In this document: in pieces, positions 17,047 through 26,379 of the stretch
Layout of the letters: each line of letters starts with the position of its first letter
Position numbering within the stretch: the first letter of the stretch is position 1
DNA from: Rhodospirillales bacterium
GTDB lineage: Bacteria > Pseudomonadota > Alphaproteobacteria > Rhodospirillales > UBA2165
Direction of reading: 5' to 3'
Assembly: GCA_965213765.1 (NCBI GenBank)
Contig: OZ243926.1
Span: forward strand, 4,368,479 to 4,432,478
DNA: 64,000 nt
Program-made: the position numbers and the translations under genes
Notes under the pieces: generated by a model
Seen by the model: the letters and a program-made list of their open reading frames with translations, nothing else
Databases searched by the model: none
Told to the model about the DNA's origin: nothing

Positions 17047-18297
17047 ATGGAAGGCTTCGACCTGGAACTGGAGGCGCGCCCGATTTGGCGCGACGGCGAC
17101 TATTCCCACATTCCGTTCTGGGTCTACTCGGATGCCGCCAATTATGAGGCGGAGCTTCGGGATATCTACAAGGGCCCGGTGTGGAATTTCCTCTGCCTGG
17201 CAACCGAATTGCCCAAGAACGGGGATTACAAAGCCACCAAAATCGGCGAGACGCCGGTGTTCGTGGTTCGCGGCGAGGATGGCGTGCTTCGTGGTTTCCT
17301 CAATCGCTGCTCCCATCGCGGCGCGCTGCTGTGCCTGGAGCCGCGGGGCAGCGTCAAACGCCTGACCTGTATCTATCACGCTTGGTCCTATGACCTCGAG
17401 GGCAACCTCCGAAACGTGGCGTTCGAGGACGGCGCGGACGGCCGGGGCGGCATGCCCGACGATTTTGACAAGTCCCGGCACGGTTTGCGGCCGATCGAGG
17501 TGACCGAGTTCTGCGGGCTGATTTTCGGTTCCTTCGATCCCAGGGTCCCGGATATCGAAACCTACCTCGGGCCGGAATCGGTACGGTTTCTCAAGCGTGC
17601 CTTGGGCAAAGCGCCGCTGAAGCTGATCGGCCGCTCGACCCAGGTCATGCACAACAACTGGAAGCTCTATTTGGAGAACGTGAAGGACGTCTACCACGCG
17701 ACGATCCTGCATCTGTTTTTTACCCGTTTTCGGCTCAACCGTCTCGGACATGAAGGCGGGATAATCGTGAGTGAGAGCGGGGCGCATCACGTGAGTTATT
17801 CGAAGATGGATGCCGGGCGCGGCAATCAGGACTATGCGTTGCAGGATATCCGCTCTACCGGCGAAGGGTTCTCGCTCAATGATCCCTCGCTTCTGGATAC
17901 CATCGACGAATGGGAAGACGGCATCACCGTTCAAATCCAGAGCGTGTTCCCAACCCTGGTCATCCAGGTTATCCAAAATTCCATCGCCATACGTCAGATA
18001 CTGCCCACCGCGGTCGACCGGACGGATCTCAACTGGAATTTCGTCGGCTTCGAAGGAGACAGTGAAGAGATGACCCGCACGCGGGTGAAGTTGAACAACC
18101 TTGTTGGCCCGTCCGGGTATATTTCCCTGGAGGACGGCGCCATCGGCGGGTTTGTGCAGCGCGCGATCCGCGGCGTCGACGAGGATTCGGGTGTTGTGCG
18201 GATGGGTGGCGACGATGTGGCGACGGTCGACTACCGCGCCACCGAAACATCCGTCCGGGGGCTCTGGAAAATGTACCGCAGCCTGATGGGCGTTTGA
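17047..18297 (+). CDS. aromatic ring-hydroxylating oxygenase, Rieske alpha subunit
   Basis: Rieske motif CSHRG...CIYHAWSY, followed by a catalytic domain with NWKLYLENVKDVYHATILH. 416 aa. Confidence 0.85.
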   Translation: MEGFDLELEARPIWRDGDYSHIPFWVYSDAANYEAELRDIYKGPVWNFLCLATELPKNGDYKATKIGETPVFVVRGEDGVLRGFLNRCSHRGALLCLEPRGSVKRLTCIYHAWSYDLEGNLRNVAFEDGADGRGGMPDDFDKSRHGLRPIEVTEFCGLIFGSFDPRVPDIETYLGPESVRFLKRALGKAPLKLIGRSTQVMHNNWKLYLENVKDVYHATILHLFFTRFRLNRLGHEGGIIVSESGAHHVSYSKMDAGRGNQDYALQDIRSTGEGFSLNDPSLLDTIDEWEDGITVQIQSVFPTLVIQVIQNSIAIRQILPTAVDRTDLNWNFVGFEGDSEEMTRTRVKLNNLVGPSGYISLEDGAIGGFVQRAIRGVDEDSGVVRMGGDDVATVDYRATETSVRGLWKMYRSLMGV

Positions 18298-18300
18298 GGC

Positions 18301-18783
18301 GTGAGTTCGCCGGAACCGTTGCAGGCCAAACTGCTGGCGGACGACCTGCTCGCGCGCTACGTCCGCTGTCTGGATGACGGTGACTTGGGTGCGTGGCCCG
18401 GATTTTTCACCGATCCCTGTATCTATCGGGTGACCCACCGCGCCGATGATCGAGCGGGATATGAGAACGCACTGATATTTGCGGATTCCCGGGGCATGCT
18501 CAGGGACCGGGTTAACGCCGTTGAGAATGTCAGCGTCTATGAGCCGCACGGTTACCGGCATATCGTCGGCGCCAGTCTGATCGAAAAAGTCAACGGCACG
18601 TTGATCGACGCTTCGACGTCATTTCTTGTGGCGCGCATCATGCAGGACGGCGAGACCTCCGTCTTCGCCACCGGCATCTACCGGGACCGTATAGATATCT
18701 CGGGTGACGAACCGTTGTTCGCCGAGAAGAGTGCGATCATGGACAGTGAACGGGTGGACACCCTGCTCGCTATCCCGCTTTAG
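18301..18783 (+). CDS. ring-hydroxylating oxygenase beta subunit (NTF2/SnoaL-like)
   Basis: 160 aa. The GTG start is 1 nt after the alpha-subunit stop. The pattern LLARYVRCLDDGDL..W..FFT...Y is typical of the small subunit. Confidence 0.75.
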   Translation: MSSPEPLQAKLLADDLLARYVRCLDDGDLGAWPGFFTDPCIYRVTHRADDRAGYENALIFADSRGMLRDRVNAVENVSVYEPHGYRHIVGASLIEKVNGTLIDASTSFLVARIMQDGETSVFATGIYRDRIDISGDEPLFAEKSAIMDSERVDTLLAIPL

Positions 18784-18879
18784 GGTCCGGCCTCCCGCCT
18801 GGTAGGGGAGAGGAATTCCGGAAACTCATCGGTCATCCGGGCAGGCCGGCCGCCGATTGGTTCCTCGTTTGGCGATGGA

Positions 18880-19263
18880 TCAGCGGTTTGGGTTGTAGAG
18901 AAGTTCGATCAGAACGCCATCGGGATCGGGAAAGAACAGCTGCCGGAGTTCGGTATCGGGCGCGTTGATTTCTTCGTACTCGATGTTGCAATCGTCCAGG
19001 CGTCTCCTGGCCGCGTCATAGTCCTCGATTTGCATGGCAAAATGCGAGATGGCGGCATCCTTGGAGCCGGTGAGCAGCTTGTTGTCGGGCAGCGGCGAGA
19101 TGATGTGGATGATGGGCCGTCCGCCGCAGTACATCCAATGGCCCGGCCGGTCGAACGGCGGCCGCTCCCCCGATTTCAGGCCCAGTACGTCTTCATAGAA
19201 TTTGGCCGACACGTCCACATTGACCGCTTCGATATTCACATGATCCAGCGATGAGATTTTCAT
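18880..19263 (-). CDS. VOC (glyoxalase / bleomycin resistance / extradiol dioxygenase) family protein
   Basis: Start taken at MKISSLDHVNIEAVNVDVSAKFYEDVLGL. HFAMQIEDYDAA and DPDGVLIELL are typical of the VOC fold. Confidence 0.75.
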   Translation of the reverse strand: MKISSLDHVNIEAVNVDVSAKFYEDVLGLKSGERPPFDRPGHWMYCGGRPIIHIISPLPDNKLLTGSKDAAISHFAMQIEDYDAARRRLDDCNIEYEEINAPDTELRQLFFPDPDGVLIELLYNPNR

Positions 19264-19517
19264 ATTCCGGTTACCCCGTACCGATGCTCTTCGGCAGTTT
19301 GTTCCAGCGGGCATGCCGTGTCCACCCTCGGGAGCTTCCGATCACGTTTGAGAGGGACTTCGCGGCCGCGGCGAAGCGCCTGACCGCTCGATCGGGATAT
19401 CCTCCAAGATCAGTCCATCGAGGCCGGTTCGGAGGAAGCGGCGGATAGCATCGTCGTGGGTCTCGACCAACCGGCGTCCGCCGGATAAAACGTGGCCGAG
19501 CTTGAATTGGAGGTGAC

Positions 19518-20615
19518 GTGACAGCGGCAGGAAAGACCGCCGGATGGGCCACGGATGCGGCAAGGTCAACCGGCCTGGCTCGAGGCCGAAGACTGATCGG
19601 CTATTGGCTTTTTGCCATGTGCGGGATGGTCTTCATCATGGTGATCATCGGCGGCGTAACCCGATTGACCGAATCTGGGCTCTCCATCGTCGATTGGCGT
19701 CCGGTAACCGGCTGGCTGCCGCCGATGGGCGATGCGGCCTGGCTCGCCCTTTTCGAGGCCTACAAACAGACGCCGGAATTCCTGAAGATCAACACTCAGA
19801 TGGATGTTGAAGGCTTCAAAGGCATTTTTTGGCTCGAATACATTCATCGGCTTTGGGGCCGCTTGCTCGCTATCGCTTTCGCAGTGCCGTTTCTCTACTT
19901 CCTGGTCAAACGTTGGGTAGACCGGCCTCTCGCCTGGCGGCTGGTATTGTTCTTCGTGCTTGGCGGGGCACAGGGCGTATTAGGCTGGTTCATGGTCAAG
20001 AGCGGTCTGGTGGACGACCCCGATGTCAGCCCGTACCGGCTGACCGCCCATCTCGGACTGGCCATCGCCATCTACGCCGCCATGTTCTGGACCGCGCTCG
20101 ATCTGGTGGTGGAGCGGAACACGCGACGGTCCCTTCCCACACACCTCCGCCGCCTATCGGTGGTCATTCTTGGATGGGTCTTCGCCACCATGTTGTCGGG
20201 CGGATTTGTCGCCGGCCTCGGCGCCGGGAAGACCTACAACACGTTTCCGCTGATGGACGGCAAATGGATACCTGACGGGCTGTTCCTTCAGGATCCGGCG
20301 TGGCGCAACTTCTTCGAGAACGTGACGACGGTGCAGTTCGACCACCGGGTGCTGGCCATCGGCGCTCTGCTGCTGATCGCGATCACTTGGGCATTGGCCC
20401 TGCGGGCCAGGTTATCGCCCCCTGAAATGACCCGGTTTCACGTGTTGGCCGGCGTTGGTCTCCTGCAGGTAGCATTGGGCATCTCAACATTGCTGCTGGT
20501 GGTGCCCATCTCCCTTGCGGCGATCCATCAGGCATTTGCGCTCGTGCTGTTGACGGCCGCCATGCGCGTGGTCTGGTATGGCAGGCCGGTTAAGGCAGCC
20601 GCTTCCCGGCGCTAA
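19518..20615 (+). CDS. ctaA: heme A synthase (COX15/CtaA)
   Basis: GGVTRLTESGLSIVDWRPVTG, EFEAYKQTPEF, FWLEYIHRLWGR and FDHRVLA, with multiple TM segments. The exact start is uncertain (GTG at 19518). Confidence 0.9.
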   Translation: MTAAGKTAGWATDAARSTGLARGRRLIGYWLFAMCGMVFIMVIIGGVTRLTESGLSIVDWRPVTGWLPPMGDAAWLALFEAYKQTPEFLKINTQMDVEGFKGIFWLEYIHRLWGRLLAIAFAVPFLYFLVKRWVDRPLAWRLVLFFVLGGAQGVLGWFMVKSGLVDDPDVSPYRLTAHLGLAIAIYAAMFWTALDLVVERNTRRSLPTHLRRLSVVILGWVFATMLSGGFVAGLGAGKTYNTFPLMDGKWIPDGLFLQDPAWRNFFENVTTVQFDHRVLAIGALLLIAITWALALRARLSPPEMTRFHVLAGVGLLQVALGISTLLLVVPISLAAIHQAFALVLLTAAMRVVWYGRPVKAAASRR

Positions 20616-20641
20616 GGAGCGGGCCGGCCCTTTACGAGAGC

Positions 20642-20994
20642 CGCCGGGAGAAATTCGTCGAACAAGTCCGCCGGTGTTCGACGGTTCACAACAACCTGAT
20701 CGTTCTGGATTTGCCGGACGAAGAGATTATATTTTCAGGAAACAGGTTTTTGATCCATGCGCTGTTCCCGGAAGTGAATATTTCCATTCGCGCCATCCGG
20801 GGCTCGCGCAGGACGAACACGGTGTTCGCGGTGGGCAAGTCCGTCTTCAACCGGATGTCGCGCACCAATATGGGCGAACTCGTGCCGAATACGGCGGCGG
20901 CGGTCATGAGGCGGCCGGCACGTGCCACGCCGATAACGACGAGGCGCCGCGAATTCTCGAAGAGGCTGTCCGGCAGATCAACGCGGATGGCTGA
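20642..20994 (+). pseudogene. relic of a DHH/DHHA1-type phosphoesterase (C-terminal part only, frameshifted)
   Basis: Frame 1 reads ...VLDLPDEEIIFSGNRFLIHALFPEVNISIRAI...VFAVGKSVFNRMSRTNMGELV. It continues in another frame as AEYGGGGHEAAGTCH...INADG, a GGGGH motif typical of DHHA1. A 1-nt gap falls at about 20890. There is no N-terminal DHH domain because ctaA ends at 20615. Confidence 0.45.
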
Positions 20995-21009
20995 GAGTCA
21001 GGAGTAAGT

Positions 21010-22539
21010 ATGAATCAAACCGCGAGGTCCCGATCGACCCGACTGGCCATCGTGGCCGTTGCCGTCATGTTCGCCGGCGCCGGCGGATTGACGGCTTGCG
21101 CCAGCGGTGGCACCGAGGTCACCCGGGTCTTTGGCGGATTCACCAACGCGTTTACCGCCGACGAGAAATCGGCCGAGAGCGTCGAGACCTTCCGCCAGCT
21201 CTTCGATCAGTACGCCAAACGGGATTCCTCGCGCACCCGGCAGTTGCGCCATTTCCGCGATGCCTATCTGCGGGTCCGTCAGGAGTATGTGCAGTCCATC
21301 GACGATGCCGTGCTGATCAAGGCTGCCGTGGACGGCGTCAAGAAGCTCGAGGGCAAGCCCGGCACATTCACCGCGGCCCAAGTCACCGAAGCCGCCCTCG
21401 ACGGCATGCTGACCAGTCTGGATTCCCATTCCGCGTATCTGAACCCCGACGAATTCCGTGAGAGCCAGGTGAACACCCGCGGCGAATTCGGCGGTCTGGG
21501 CATCGAGATCAATATGGAGGACGGGTTCGTCAGGGTGATCGCCCCCATTGAGGATACGCCGGCGAGCCGCGCGGGCATCAAATCCGGTGATCTGATCACC
21601 CATGTCGATGGCGCCGGGATCAAGGGGATGTCGTTGATTGAGGCGGTCCGTCTGTTGCGGGGCAAGCCCAGGACCGATGTGCGGCTGACCATCCGGCGGG
21701 CGGATGCCGGGGAATTCGACGTCACGGTAACCCGGGCAATCATCCGGGTACGGCCGGTCAAGTGGAGCACCGAGGGCGATGTCGGAGTCATCCGCATCGC
21801 CAGCTTCAATCAGCGGGCCGACGACGAAATGCGCCGCGCCGTCAGTGCGATACGCCGCAAACTCGGCGGCAAGCTGCGGGGCTTCGTTCTGGACCTCCGG
21901 AATAATCCCGGCGGCCTGTTGAGTCAGTCGGTGGCGGTGACCGATTCCTTCCTCCACCGGGGCGATATCGTTTCGGTCCGGGACCGGGACGGCAATGGCC
22001 GCGCCTTCAACGCTGAAATCGGCGATCTCGCCGACGAACTGCCCATCGTCGTGTTGATCAACCGCGGGTCCGCCTCGGCCTCCGAAATTGTCGCGGGCGC
22101 CCTGCAGGATCAAAACCGGGCAACGGTGATCGGCGCACGCTCCTTCGGCAAGGGATCGGTTCAGACGATCACGCCGCTGGACTGGGATGGGGCGCTGCGC
22201 CTTACCACGGCGCTTTACTATTTGCCGAGCGGGCGCTCGATCCAGGGAACCGGTGTCGAGCCGGATATCATCGTCACCGGCGGCAACGCGCCGCCTGATC
22301 CGCGGCGCGAGGATCTCCGCGACAGCCTCTTTCCCGGTAAAGAGGCCGATTTGCCGCACGCGCTGCAGGTCGAGAAGTATCAGCCCAAACCGGCACGGGC
22401 GAAAATTCGTTTGGATGACTGCCCCGGCGCCGGTGCCGACGACAAGGACCGGATGTTGGGTTGCGCGGTAACGCTGATCAACGACGGGGGCTCCGAGGCC
22501 AGGTTCCTCGCTCGCTTCGGCTCCCGGACCAAACTTTGA
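21010..22539 (+). CDS. ctpA: carboxy-terminal processing protease (peptidase S41A)
   Basis: N-terminal signal or lipoprotein-like segment, a PDZ domain (GGLGIEI...VIAPIEDTPASRAGIKSGDLI), and catalytic LDLRNNPGGLL and NRGSASASEIVAGALQD...G..SFGKGSVQ. Confidence 0.9.
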   Translation: MNQTARSRSTRLAIVAVAVMFAGAGGLTACASGGTEVTRVFGGFTNAFTADEKSAESVETFRQLFDQYAKRDSSRTRQLRHFRDAYLRVRQEYVQSIDDAVLIKAAVDGVKKLEGKPGTFTAAQVTEAALDGMLTSLDSHSAYLNPDEFRESQVNTRGEFGGLGIEINMEDGFVRVIAPIEDTPASRAGIKSGDLITHVDGAGIKGMSLIEAVRLLRGKPRTDVRLTIRRADAGEFDVTVTRAIIRVRPVKWSTEGDVGVIRIASFNQRADDEMRRAVSAIRRKLGGKLRGFVLDLRNNPGGLLSQSVAVTDSFLHRGDIVSVRDRDGNGRAFNAEIGDLADELPIVVLINRGSASASEIVAGALQDQNRATVIGARSFGKGSVQTITPLDWDGALRLTTALYYLPSGRSIQGTGVEPDIIVTGGNAPPDPRREDLRDSLFPGKEADLPHALQVEKYQPKPARAKIRLDDCPGAGADDKDRMLGCAVTLINDGGSEARFLARFGSRTKL

Positions 22540-22562
22540 CCCAGACCGAGAAGGAGGGAGAG

Positions 22563-23672
22563 ATGGCCGGCAACCCGTTCCCGGATAGCCCGTATGACAT
22601 TCGGAGCGATCTGTTGAGTGCGCATGAGGCCGCGCTCACCGGCATTGCCCGTCCCGGCACCTGGCTCACCGCCGGGCAGCGGGTGTGGATTGCCGAAGAA
22701 GTCCGCAATGCCCGGAGTTGTGCGGCCTGCGCCGAACTCAAGGAGGCGCTGTCACCCAACAACCTGTCCCGGGAACATACCTCATTGGGCAATCTGTCTC
22801 CGGCGCAGGTGGATATCGTTCACCGGGTGGTCACCGATCCCGGCCGGCTCAGTGAGGGGTGGTGCCGGGGACATATTGAAGACGGCATGCTCGAGGGCGA
22901 ATTCGTCGAGATGATCGGCGTCATCGCCATGACCGTGATCATGGATACCTTCGCATTCGGCCTGGGTCTTCCGGTGGCCGTCCTGCCCGAGCCCGCTGCC
23001 GGTGAACCCTCGCGCTATTTGCCGCCGGGCGCCCGGCGCGAGGCAGCGTGGCTCCCCATCGTCGAGCCGGGCGACGAGGTGCCGGAGGACGGTCCCCTGT
23101 ATCCCACGCCGACGGCCGGCTACATTCAACGGGCTCTCAGCATGGTTCCCCAATCGAAGCGCGACTATTGGAATCTTGCCGGCGCCCATTATCTGGAGGG
23201 CAGGCAGGTTTATGATTTCGGGAACAGCGTACGTGCGATCACCCGGCCTCAGATCGAGATCATCGCGGCGCGGATATCGGCACTTCATCAGTGCCTCTAC
23301 TGAACGACGGCGCATGCCTACATGCTCCGTGAGAGCAGCAACGCCGCTGACACCGAAATCGACCTCCACGACATTACGGAGGGATATCGGCATGACACCG
23401 GCATCGAGCATGCCGAATTGCTGATGGGCTTCGCGGAGGCGGTCGCGCGGCGGGACGAGAACGGGACATCGGCTCACCGGCAAGAAATGCTCGAGCTGAT
23501 GGGTGAGCCGGCAACCGTGGACGCGGCGGCCATTGCCGGGGCATTCCATGGCTTTGTACGGCTCGCCGATTCGATTGGGATACCCCACGAGGGAGCTGCG
23601 GGCGGCACCGACTCGACCGAAATGCGGGATGAAATCGGGATCAGCGACTTCTATCGCGCCCGGATTGCCTAA
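22563..23672 (+). CDS. AhpD/CMD-family protein, candidate selenoprotein with an in-frame TGA at 23301-23303 (C-L-Y-U-T-T-A-H)
   Basis: ORFs 22461-23303 and 23322-23672 share one frame. Read-through gives ...RISALHQCLY-U-TTAHAYMLRE..., matching the AhpD CxxCxxxH active-site spacing with TGA at the second Cys. AAGGAGG precedes the ATG at 22563. GC3 bias persists after the TGA, a hairpin follows, and selAB is 7 kb away. Confidence 0.65.
23307..23330 (+). promoter_or_regulatory. SECIS-like hairpin downstream of TGA 23301
   Basis: ACGGCGCAUG-CCUA-CAUGCUCCGU forms a 10-bp stem with one C.U mismatch. It starts 3 nt after UGA, and the apical loop begins 16 nt from the U of UGA. Confidence 0.5.
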
Positions 23673-23689
23673 CAGCCGGCAACCGGCCC

Positions 23690-23920
23690 GCGTAGCGCCC
23701 ATTTGCGGCCGAATATCTCCCTTGGCGGGGCCGGCGGGATACGCGCCGGAGAGCCGCCGATACCGCTCGGCCGTCAGTTCAAGGCCGCAGGCCCCGGCAT
23801 TCTCGATTAAGATGCTCCTTGCGGCGTGATCCCGGGATCGGAGGAATTCGTCAACCGGTTGCAGCCGATCCCGAAGGTTGGAATTTCGACGCCCGGGTTG
23901 CCAAATTGCCGCGATTCCAT
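23690..23920 (-). pseudogene. possible relic of an aldo/keto reductase with a large internal deletion
   Basis: The minus strand has GGGGGAG-N3-ATG, then MESRQFGNPGVEIPTFGIGCNRL (AKR-like N-terminus). A frame switch follows to ...SILIENAGACGLELTAERYRRLSGAYPAGPAKGD (AKR-like C-terminus). Only about 75 of roughly 330 expected residues remain. Confidence 0.3.
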
Positions 23921-24045
23921 GGCTCCCCCGTAAATTTTGCGTGCAGGTTGTGCGGTTGCCGGTGAACCCTATAGGATCAAATCACGGCGTGGAAAGCACG
24001 CCGGGCAAACCTGATCAGCGGCGGCGGCGCCGGGGGGAAGGGACG

Positions 24046-25086
24046 ATGAAATTCGGACTATTCGATCACGTGGACGTCAACAATCGTTCGCTGGCCCAGG
24101 AATTCGACGAGCGGCTGGAGTTTGTTTCCGCCGCCGATGAAGCCGGTTTCTACTGCTATCACGTTGCCGAGCACCACGCGACGCCGCTGAACATGGTGCC
24201 CGTACCGGGCGTCTATCTGGGCGCGATAGCCCGGGCGACAAAAAACATCCGGCTCGGTCCGCTGTGCTACCTCCTGCCGCTCTATACGCCCCTTCGTCTG
24301 ATCGAAGAGATTTGCATTCTCGATCACCTCAGCCACGGGCGACTCGATATCGGCGTGGGGCGCGGCGTGTCGCCCTTCGAACTCAAATATCACGATGTGG
24401 ATCCGGACAAGACGCGGCCCGTCTTCCGGGAATGCCTTGAAGCGGTGGTTTACGGGCTGTCCCATGACGTGCTCGATCATCAGGGCGACAACTACTCGTA
24501 CGTCGATGTGCCCATGGAGTTGAGGCCCCTGCAGAATCCCCACCCGCCGATCTGGTATCCGACCAACAACGCCGAAGGCGGGCAATTCGGCGGCGAGAAC
24601 GGCTATCACTTCGTTACTTTGGGCGGCGTCGATTTTGCCCGGCCCGGGGTCGAGTCGTTCAAGGAGGCGCTGGCGAAGCGCGGCCGGCCGGGTGACGGCG
24701 GTGGTGGCGGTTTCAAGGAGGGCGCGGCGGTTGGCATCATGCGCCATCTGGTGATCGCCGAGACCGAGGACGAAGCGCTAAAGCGGGCCGAGCCCGCCTA
24801 CCAGGCTTGGGAGGCGAGCCTGACGAAGCTCTGGCGAGTCAACAAGGTGCCGGGTCCGAACATTGCCCAGTTCATTCCGCCGACGCTCGCCGAGGCGCAA
24901 CAGCGGGGGTCGGTGGTTGTCGGTACGGCCGAGACGGTCAAGGAGACCCTCGCGGCGCATGCCGAAGCACTCGGCCTCAACTACATGGTCCTCGGTTTCT
25001 ACTTCGGCGACATCGCCCACGGACATGCCATGGAGTCCATGCAACGGTTTGCATCCGACGTCATGCCGGCATTGGAGACGATGTAA
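24046..25086 (+). CDS. LLM-class flavin-dependent oxidoreductase
   Basis: Start taken at MKFGLFDHVD. Motifs are YHVAEHHATPL, NIRLGPLCYLLPLYTPLRLIEEICILDHLSHGRLDIGVGRG. It is a paralog of 49739-50785. Confidence 0.85.
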   Translation: MKFGLFDHVDVNNRSLAQEFDERLEFVSAADEAGFYCYHVAEHHATPLNMVPVPGVYLGAIARATKNIRLGPLCYLLPLYTPLRLIEEICILDHLSHGRLDIGVGRGVSPFELKYHDVDPDKTRPVFRECLEAVVYGLSHDVLDHQGDNYSYVDVPMELRPLQNPHPPIWYPTNNAEGGQFGGENGYHFVTLGGVDFARPGVESFKEALAKRGRPGDGGGGGFKEGAAVGIMRHLVIAETEDEALKRAEPAYQAWEASLTKLWRVNKVPGPNIAQFIPPTLAEAQQRGSVVVGTAETVKETLAAHAEALGLNYMVLGFYFGDIAHGHAMESMQRFASDVMPALETM

Positions 25087-25189
25087 GCGGCAAATCCTTC
25101 AGTAGTGCTTGACGTTGCCGCGCCGTCAGACAATAAGAGCGCCGAATTCGGCCTTCACCGTCTCCCCGCCAGCCGAACCCGGAGCCACA

Positions 25190-26362
25190 ATGCCACACCT
25201 GATTTCTCCCCATGGTGGAGACGGTCTACGCCCGTTGCTGATTGAAGCGTCCGAGCGCGAGGCGCGCCGGGCCGCCGCCGCAGGCCTTGCCCAAGTTCCC
25301 ATGTCCAGCCGCGAGACATCCGACCTCATTCTAATGGGCATGGGGGCCTATACCCCGCTGACCGGCTTTATGGGGGAGGCCGATTGGCGAGGTGTCGCCG
25401 GGGACATGAAAATGGTTGACGGAACATTCTGGCCCATTCCGATCACCCTGTCGGTGACCGGGGACCTCGCGGAGACCATCGGCGACGGGGATGACGTCGC
25501 ACTGGTTGACGGCGAGACCGGCACCGTCATGGGCACCATGGCGGTGTCGGAGCGGTACAAGCCGGATCACGCATTCGAGAATGCAAATGTTTTCAGGACC
25601 GGGGACCCGGCCCATCCCGGGGTTGAAAAGGTTCTTGGCCAGCCGCCGGTAAATCTCGGCGGGACGGTGACCGTCTTCGACGAGGGGCCGTTCCGGGCGC
25701 GGTATCCCGACCTCTGCGTTTATCCCCATGAAAGCCGGGCGTTGTTTGAAGAATTGGGCTGGACCCGCGTCGCCGCCTTTAATACCCGGAACCCCATGCA
25801 CCGGAGTCATGAGCATCTGGCAAAAATCGCCATTGAGGTGACCGACGGCGTTTTCATTCATCAGGTGCTGGGCAAGCTCAAGCCGGGAGACATTCCCGCG
25901 GAGATCCGGGTCAAGGCCATCGATGCGATGATTAGTCACTACTTCGCCGGGGAAACCGCTATCCAGGCCGGCGTCCCCCTGGAGATGCGTTACGCGGGAC
26001 CCCGCGAAGCTTTGCTGCACGCCGTGGTCCGGCAGAACTACGGTTGCTCGCATTTGATCGTCGGGCGGGACCACGCGGGCGTCGGAAGCTATTATGGGCC
26101 GTTCGATGCCCAGAAAATCTTCGACACCCTGTGGGAAGGCGCGATCGAAATTCATCCCCTCAAAATCGACATCACATTTTTCTGCACGGCCTGTGGCGGT
26201 ATGGCAACGGCGCGTTCCTGCCCGCACGGCGACGAACACAAGATCCAGATCTCGGGGACCCGCCAGCGGGAGATGCTGGCCGGCGGCGAGGATATCCCGC
26301 CGGAGTTCAGCCGGCCGGAAGTGGTGGCTATACTGCGCGAGTTTTACGCCAATCGAAATTGA
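25190..26362 (+). CDS. sat: sulfate adenylyltransferase (ATP sulfurylase)
   Basis: Start taken at MPHLISPHGG. FNTRNPMHRSHEHL and HLIVGRDHAGVG are the ATP-sulfurylase signatures. About 390 aa. Confidence 0.9.
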   Translation: MPHLISPHGGDGLRPLLIEASEREARRAAAAGLAQVPMSSRETSDLILMGMGAYTPLTGFMGEADWRGVAGDMKMVDGTFWPIPITLSVTGDLAETIGDGDDVALVDGETGTVMGTMAVSERYKPDHAFENANVFRTGDPAHPGVEKVLGQPPVNLGGTVTVFDEGPFRARYPDLCVYPHESRALFEELGWTRVAAFNTRNPMHRSHEHLAKIAIEVTDGVFIHQVLGKLKPGDIPAEIRVKAIDAMISHYFAGETAIQAGVPLEMRYAGPREALLHAVVRQNYGCSHLIVGRDHAGVGSYYGPFDAQKIFDTLWEGAIEIHPLKIDITFFCTACGGMATARSCPHGDEHKIQISGTRQREMLAGGEDIPPEFSRPEVVAILREFYANRN

Positions 26363-26379
26363 GCGGGGGGATCGGATCC

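Noticed and set aside
16954-18561. A 535-aa minus-strand ORF overlaps the Rieske oxygenase genes.
   Set aside because: It is a shadow ORF typical of high-GC DNA. The sequence is Arg/Ala/Gly/Pro-rich with no family motifs, and it lies antisense to two well-supported genes.
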